This document shows positions 59,922-64,000 of a stretch of DNA of 64,000 bases, piece by piece (position 1 is the stretch's first letter; each line of letters begins with the position of its first letter). The position numbers were made by a program, and so were the translations under genes. Under the pieces are notes generated by a model, which did not search any database, had not been told where the DNA came from, and worked only from the letters and a program-made list of their open reading frames with translations. This stretch comes from Candidatus Latescibacterota bacterium (GTDB lineage: Bacteria > Latescibacterota > UBA2968): assembly GCA_965222605.1 (NCBI GenBank), contig OZ244960.1, positions 2,016,001 through 2,080,000 of the forward strand, read 5' to 3'.

Positions 59922-61310
59922 ATGGACCAGAACCGACCAAATATCCTGTTCATAATGACCGATGAGCAGCGATTTGACCATCTGGGACGTGTAAATCCCG
60001 CGGTAAAAACACCGCATATAGACGCCCTTGCCGATGATGGCGTTCTATTCACCCGGGCATATACGCCCAATCCGTCGTGCGTGCCTGCGCGGGCGGGAAT
60101 ATTTACAGGAAAATATCCGCACCAGTGCGCGGCACCCACCTTTATCACCTATTTGCCAGCGCACGAAAAGACATTCATGAGTTATTTGCAGGAAGCGGGC
60201 TATTATACCGCGGTAATAGGCAAGCAACACTTTGGCGAATCGGAAATTGAACGCGGTTATAACTACGAAGATATTATTGACAGCCACAGCCCCGCGCCTC
60301 AGAATCCAGATCGCAACTCCTATAATCAGTGGTTATGGGACTCCGGGTTTAAGCACCGCAGCGAATTGATACAGGGAAATTCCGACATCAGAAGATATTC
60401 GGAATGGAAGGCAGACCCAAAATACCACGTCGATCACTACGTGGGCGACCGGGGCCGCGAATGGATCGAAAGCGGAATGCCCGAAAATCGCCCCTGGTTT
60501 TGCTGGATCTCATTTCCAGGACCACACGGTCCCATTGACTGTGGCAATTTACCTCAGGCTGACCTGTACGACCCGGCTGAAATTGACATGCCAGAAACGA
60601 ATTTTGAAATGTTAGCACAAAAGCCACCGCACAATTCACTTCGAGGGGGACCCGAGCACCAACAGCCTTTTACAAACGATGAGATTCGCAAACTTCGACA
60701 CGCTTATTACGCAAACGTAACACTGATCGATGAAAAAATCGGCGCAATCGTAAAGGCATTAAAAAATAGCGGCACCTATGACAACACCCTCATATTCTTT
60801 ACCAGCGACCACGGCGATTTCATGGGTGACTTCCAGTTAATGGCCAAAGGGCAAAACATCATGGAAGTCCTCATGCGCATTCCCTTTGTAATCAAACCAC
60901 CCAAAGACGGTGTACGCGGAAAAGTGGAAACGTCTCTAATCTCGGCAATTGATATTGCAGCCACATGTTTAACAGTCGCCGGCGCAGAAGTACCCGAACA
61001 CATGGCTTCACGCGATCTGTCGCATTATTGGTCCCATGCAGAAGACCTGGATGACCGGGATGAGTTGTACATGGAAGCGGCGGGCATTCGGTGTTTGCGC
61101 ACCCGACGCTGGAAAATAGGGCATTATTGGAATAAACCCTATGGTGAACTCTACGACCTGAAAAACGACCCGTGGGAAAAAGAAAATCTGTGGGATTGCG
61201 AAGAACTAACAGAGTTGAAATGCGAATTGCAAAAACGATTATTGGACAAACTAATTGAATTAAGCCAGCGGTCTTATATCGCGTGGAACCACGGCGCACC
61301 TGAATTATAA
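59922..61310 (+). CDS. Sulfatase
   Basis: RPNILFIMTDE, CVPARAGIFTG, TSDHGD. Confidence 0.92.
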   Translation: MDQNRPNILFIMTDEQRFDHLGRVNPAVKTPHIDALADDGVLFTRAYTPNPSCVPARAGIFTGKYPHQCAAPTFITYLPAHEKTFMSYLQEAGYYTAVIGKQHFGESEIERGYNYEDIIDSHSPAPQNPDRNSYNQWLWDSGFKHRSELIQGNSDIRRYSEWKADPKYHVDHYVGDRGREWIESGMPENRPWFCWISFPGPHGPIDCGNLPQADLYDPAEIDMPETNFEMLAQKPPHNSLRGGPEHQQPFTNDEIRKLRHAYYANVTLIDEKIGAIVKALKNSGTYDNTLIFFTSDHGDFMGDFQLMAKGQNIMEVLMRIPFVIKPPKDGVRGKVETSLISAIDIAATCLTVAGAEVPEHMASRDLSHYWSHAEDLDDRDELYMEAAGIRCLRTRRWKIGHYWNKPYGELYDLKNDPWEKENLWDCEELTELKCELQKRLLDKLIELSQRSYIAWNHGAPEL

Positions 61311-61351
61311 GGGACTATAAAAAACGCGTATATCAGTGACAACCAAAACCC

Positions 61352-61417
61352 CTGGATTACTGGCGTTGTGCCTTCGGCGTGGCGGCTAAAACCCTGCCGC
61401 AATGACGGCTCTGTTGA
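61352..61417. repeat. REP-like palindrome with a nested 23-bp insertion
   Basis: CTGGATT[ACTGGCGTTGTGCCTTCGGCGTG]GCGGCTAAAACCCTGCCGCAATGAC versus the uninterrupted 46109-46140 copy. Confidence 0.7.
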
Positions 61418-61450
61418 CAGGTTAATTGGTGTGATAGGAGGTGTCACAAA

Positions 61451-62470
61451 ATGAACGGATTTCGGATTGGAATTGTAGGGTGTGGTGGGATAGCGCATCG
61501 GCATATTGCGGGATATCGGAAAGTCGCACACGACCTGGGAGAAGTCGTCGCGGGATGTGATATAGACAAAGAGCAACTGAATGGCTATTGCGACACATAC
61601 GACATACCCAATCGCTTTACAAATGCGGCGGATATGATCGCATCGAGAGAAGTCGATGTCATCAGCTTATTAACACCACCTGCTGTGCGCCATGACGTGA
61701 TCTTCCCCGCAATTGAAAAAGGTATCCATCTCCTGGTCGAAAAACCATTTGGCGAAACATCAAGCGATGCGGTATCCTTTGTCGAAGCCGCGGAAAAAGC
61801 AGGCGTAACCCTGGCGGTAAACCATCAATTGGGATTTATGGAAGACGTCGTCGCAATGCGCAATATCGTCAATTCGGGTGACATTGGCGGCATACGTTAT
61901 ATATCGCACGACGAACTAAAAAATCGGACGCAAGTGCGCGGATGGCGAAGCCGGGAACAACGCCTGGAAATCAGTATCTTTAGCATACACCTCATCGACC
62001 GCATCCGCACATTGGCAGGCAGCCCTCCCCAAAGCGTATCAGCCGTAACGCGCCATTGGAATCCAGATGTCAAAGGCGAAACCTTTACGAGTTTGACAGT
62101 ACAATTTGAAAATGGCATCGTCGGAACCATGATATCCAACTGGCATTCCATGACCCTGTCAGAATGTCGATTGCGCGTAGATGGCACAAGAGGATCGGTA
62201 CTATCCGTCAAAAAAGTCGTACTTGCCGACGCAGCCACATTGCATATCCATTCCCTGAATGGAAAAAAGGAAACACGCGAATTCAATCGCGAAGGAGCAT
62301 TCACACACGCAATGGGTGAAAGCATGAATCATTTAATGGATTCAGCGCGGCGCGGCACAGAGCCAATGCACAGCGGACGAGGAAATTTATACACCATGCA
62401 AATTGTCGATGCAGCCTATTTGTCGGCGCAACGCGGCGGACAAATGGTAGAAATAGCAGAAATAAAATAA
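61451..62470 (+). CDS. Gfo/Idh/MocA oxidoreductase
   Basis: IGIVGCGGIA; LVEKP; SIHLID. Confidence 0.92.
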   Translation: MNGFRIGIVGCGGIAHRHIAGYRKVAHDLGEVVAGCDIDKEQLNGYCDTYDIPNRFTNAADMIASREVDVISLLTPPAVRHDVIFPAIEKGIHLLVEKPFGETSSDAVSFVEAAEKAGVTLAVNHQLGFMEDVVAMRNIVNSGDIGGIRYISHDELKNRTQVRGWRSREQRLEISIFSIHLIDRIRTLAGSPPQSVSAVTRHWNPDVKGETFTSLTVQFENGIVGTMISNWHSMTLSECRLRVDGTRGSVLSVKKVVLADAATLHIHSLNGKKETREFNREGAFTHAMGESMNHLMDSARRGTEPMHSGRGNLYTMQIVDAAYLSAQRGGQMVEIAEIK

Positions 62471-62486
62471 TACTGGAGGAATAGCA

Positions 62487-63287
62487 ATGACCACAGACTG
62501 CCCCACAACCCCTGAAGATGTCGCGCAATATCAAAAAAGAGGATTCATTAGCTATCCCAACTTCTTCACTCCCGAAGACCTCCGGGAACTGGCAGACGCG
62601 CTCGACCACGCCGTAGAAATCAACCGCGCCAGAATCAAAGGCGCAGAAAACGCGGGACGAGGCAGACCCGAATACGAACTCGTATTTAATCAAATGGTCA
62701 ACCTCTGGACCGACTATGCAGGCGCGCGAAAAATCGCCCTGAACAAACGCCTCGGGGAATCCGCTCGCCAGCTATCACAAGCCGAAAAGATCCGCATCTA
62801 TCACGACCACGCACTCATAAAACCACCCGGCGTCAAAAGCCGGGAAACCAACTGGCACCAGGACTTCCCGTACTGGTCTGGAATGGACCGCCCGGGCGCA
62901 CTCTCCGCCTGGATCGCCATCGATGATGTCTATGTCAAAAATGGCTGCATGCACTTCGTCCCCGGAAGCCACAAATTCGGCAAACAAGAAAGCGTGAGCC
63001 TGACCATTCAGGGCGAAAGCATCGTCGAAAAAATGCAAGAACGCGGACACACAGTCGCCGAACCGGAAACCATAGAACTGCCAGCCGGCGGCGTCACCTT
63101 CCACCACGGATGCAACTTCCACTATGCAGGACCAAACCTCAGCGACCATCCTCGCCGCGCATTCGCCATCATCTACATCCCCGACTACGTCCTCTTCACC
63201 GGGAAAAATGACGCAGCGGGCGCGCAAGACGAAATGGAAATTGGCAAACCCTGGGATCATCCCCTGCATCCCGTAATCGGAGAATAA
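62487..63287 (+). CDS. PhyH-family dioxygenase (canonical HxD)
   Basis: WHQDFPYW, SAWIAIDD, PGSH, FHYAGPN...PRRA. Confidence 0.93.
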   Translation: MTTDCPTTPEDVAQYQKRGFISYPNFFTPEDLRELADALDHAVEINRARIKGAENAGRGRPEYELVFNQMVNLWTDYAGARKIALNKRLGESARQLSQAEKIRIYHDHALIKPPGVKSRETNWHQDFPYWSGMDRPGALSAWIAIDDVYVKNGCMHFVPGSHKFGKQESVSLTIQGESIVEKMQERGHTVAEPETIELPAGGVTFHHGCNFHYAGPNLSDHPRRAFAIIYIPDYVLFTGKNDAAGAQDEMEIGKPWDHPLHPVIGE

Positions 63288-63299
63288 AGGAGGCCAAAA

Positions 63300-64000
63300 A
63301 TGTTAACCCCAGAACAATGTGAATCATACCAGCGCGATGGATATCTTCTGGTCCCCAATCTCTTCTCAAAAGAGCAATTGGCACCCGCGCTCAAAGTCGC
63401 AGAAAAAAATGCTTATGGCAAATCCCACGAAGAACTCAACGCCGAAATAGATACCCATCCCGAAATCGCAGAAACGCTCATCACACCAAAAGGCCGTCGC
63501 AGAATGGGCGGACCCCGAGCGGAATTTCACGACATCCCAACGGGTATTGACGCTATAGATCAGACCATTGAACACGAACCATTTTTAGACGCCCTCTCCC
63601 AACTCTTAGACACACCCGACATGCACTACCATCACGGCTTTGTCTATGTTCGCAGCGGCCGCTTAGACCGGAGAACCCCTCAAGAACCCTGGCAAGGATT
63701 TCACATCGACTGGGCAAAACCCCTGCTACCCCCGCACCCGGAATGGCAACGCTACGGCCACATCCAGGCCTGGGTTTATCTGACCGACAACGATCCAGAC
63801 TGCGCCCCTGTCCGCGTATTGCCCGGTGCACACAGCAAAATGAACAAACTCATCCGCAACCCACTCGGCACAGAACACGCATCTTATCGCTTTGACGACA
63901 TCCGCGAACTCCCCTTCAAATTCGAACCCGTCACCGCCACGGGAAAAACCGGAACCGTACTCTTTTACAGTTCGCACATGCCTCATTCGCCGCAGGCATT
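63300..64000 (+). CDS. PhyH-family dioxygenase, runs off the window end (not in ORF track)
   Basis: AAGGAGG RBS and ATG 63300; MLTPEQCESYQRDGYLLVP, FHID, WVYLTD, LPGAH. Confidence 0.85.
   Translation, partial: MLTPEQCESYQRDGYLLVPNLFSKEQLAPALKVAEKNAYGKSHEELNAEIDTHPEIAETLITPKGRRRMGGPRAEFHDIPTGIDAIDQTIEHEPFLDALSQLLDTPDMHYHHGFVYVRSGRLDRRTPQEPWQGFHIDWAKPLLPPHPEWQRYGHIQAWVYLTDNDPDCAPVRVLPGAHSKMNKLIRNPLGTEHASYRFDDIRELPFKFEPVTATGKTGTVLFYSSHMPHSPQA

Noticed and set aside
1-64000. tRNA or rRNA genes
   Set aside because: None recognised by eye; a covariance-model scan would be needed to exclude them.

Overview
Bacterial window with two parts. (1) About 0.4-46.1 kb is a visibly AT-richer accessory island. 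It holds nine paralogous ~800-aa orphan ABC permeases (duplicated MacB_PCD+FtsX, ADOP-like), with no cognate ATPase or adaptor in the window. Between them lie small cargo genes (NUDIX, GNAT, methyltransferases, kinases, ankyrin, TPR, TA modules, GrpB), a TnpB-only IS200/IS605 element and a defective IS256. Three copies of a ~120-bp sigma-54 promoter/enhancer module head the + strand gene runs, each preceded by one inverted gene. Intergenic gaps hold stumps of deleted genes, and one GNAT / His-Cys protein / C45 block survives as four differently deleted copies, so the island looks amplified and then pruned by microhomology deletions. Two PIN toxins are truncated and a third lacks its start codon, while the antitoxins are intact. 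(2) About 46.2-64 kb is a host-like catabolic region with six PhyH-family Fe(II)/2OG oxygenases, two sulfatases, a GH151-like glycosidase, oxidoreductases and a DUF6785/6784-type membrane protein. Three PhyH proteins carry HxG instead of HxD, a motif known from radical halogenases. The gene content resembles Latescibacterota/Poribacteria-like marine or sponge bacteria (inference). All family calls come from motif recognition, not database searches.
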